Shown in pieces: positions 63,234-64,000 of a stretch of 64,000 nucleotides of DNA (the first letter of the stretch is position 1; every line of letters begins with the position of its first letter). The stretch is from Chiloscyllium plagiosum. Its lineage: Eukaryota. A program made the translations under genes and the position numbers. The DNA lies in contig NC_057719.1 of the NCBI RefSeq assembly GCF_004010195.1, positions 38,874,887 through 38,938,886 on the forward strand, given 5' to 3'. Below the pieces are notes generated by a model, which ran no database searches, was not told the DNA's origin, and was given only the letters and a program-made list of their open reading frames with translations.

Positions 63234-63416
63234 TTGTATTATGGTGCATGATTAAACCATCTGAATTGCCACTAGTCTTTCTTATTGGTATTAATCTAAG
63301 CCACTGAAACCAAATGGGGAAGATCATCAAAAAGAGTATTTAACAGAAGATTGGATCAATCTTTGTGAATAGTAAAACATATTATGTAGTACTCATTATC
63401 TTGTTACATTACATCT
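63234..63416 (-). repeat. Third copy of the ancient putative LTR
   Basis: Reverse complement aligns with 33062-33270 and is followed on the minus strand by PBS-like TGGTGA. Confidence 0.55.
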
Positions 63417-63431
63417 TGGTTGGGGGGGGGG

Positions 63432-63744
63432 GGGCGGCACGGTGGTTAGCACTGCTGCCTCACAGCACCAGAGACCTGGGTTCAATTCCTGCCTCAGACG
63501 ACTGACTGTGTGGAGTTTGCACATTCTCCCTGTGTCTGCGTGGGTTTCCTCTGGGTGCTCCGGTTTCCTCCCACAGTCCAAAAATGTGCAGGTTAGGTGA
63601 ATTGGCCATGCTAAATTGCCCGGAGTGTTAGGTGAAGGGGTAAATGTAGGGGAATGGGTCTAGGTGGGTTGTGTTTCAGTGGGTCGGTGTGGACTTGTTG
63701 GGCTGAAGGGCCTGTTTCCACACTGTAATTAATCTAATCTAATC
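63432..63744 (+). mobile_element. HE1-type V-SINE
   Basis: GGGCGGCACGGTGGTTAGC head, B box GGTTCAATTCC, V-domain, and (AATCT)n tail. Confidence 0.93.
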
Positions 63745-63857
63745 AATGATTTTGTGTGAGACATCAGGGTGAATATACATGTAAGTACAAATTACTGTTA
63801 GTTACATTGCCTTAGCACTAAAACAATTCAAACTAAACTAGAACACTACTTTGACAC

Positions 63858-63998
63858 ACTGAAATAAACACACAAAATGCTGAAGAGACTCAGCAGGACT
63901 TGCAGCATCTGTAGGGAGAGAAATAGAATTAATGTTCAAATTTTCTCCAGTATTCTCTGTGTTTATTTCAGATTTACAGCTTGGCAATATTTTGCCTT
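63858..63998. repeat. Degraded fold-back PLE-tail repeat
   Basis: CTGAAATAAACACACAAAATGCTG...and its inverse CAGTATTCTCTGTGTTTATTTCAG. Confidence 0.6.
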
Positions 63999-64000
63999 TA

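Noticed and set aside
63422..63434. Poly-G run
   Set aside because: A short homopolymer at a SINE 5' end with no supportable function.
1..64000. CRISPR array, retron or other prokaryotic system suggested by RT and nuclease ORFs
   Set aside because: The sequence is vertebrate-like, there is no regular repeat-spacer array, and the RT and GIY-YIG fragments belong to CR1 and Penelope-like retrotransposons.

Overview
Eukaryotic, AT-rich, repeat-dominated DNA with four N gaps (5029-5408, 9192-10031, 32287-32786, 48936-49559). The repeats (CR1/HER1-type LINEs, HE1-type V-SINEs, DeuSINE-like SINEs) point to a cartilaginous fish (shark). I found no supportable host protein-coding exon; nearly all informative ORFs are transposon fragments. 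Contents: many CR1 fragments including one near-complete copy (esterase ORF1 plus EN/RT ORF2), Penelope-like elements (PLEs) of at least three families, old Gypsy gag/LTR remnants, Harbinger-like Myb remnants and solo LTRs. Most notable is a set of about 10 minimal type I hammerhead ribozyme motifs carried by PLE ends. These include tiny (130-210 bp) non-coding insertions flanked by 11-14 bp TSDs that often fold back and tend to start right at the ribozyme, with a probable parental Neptune-type PLE in the same window. Also notable is a perfect 73-bp inverted duplication inside ancient sequence. All calls were made by eye and boundaries of degraded elements are approximate.
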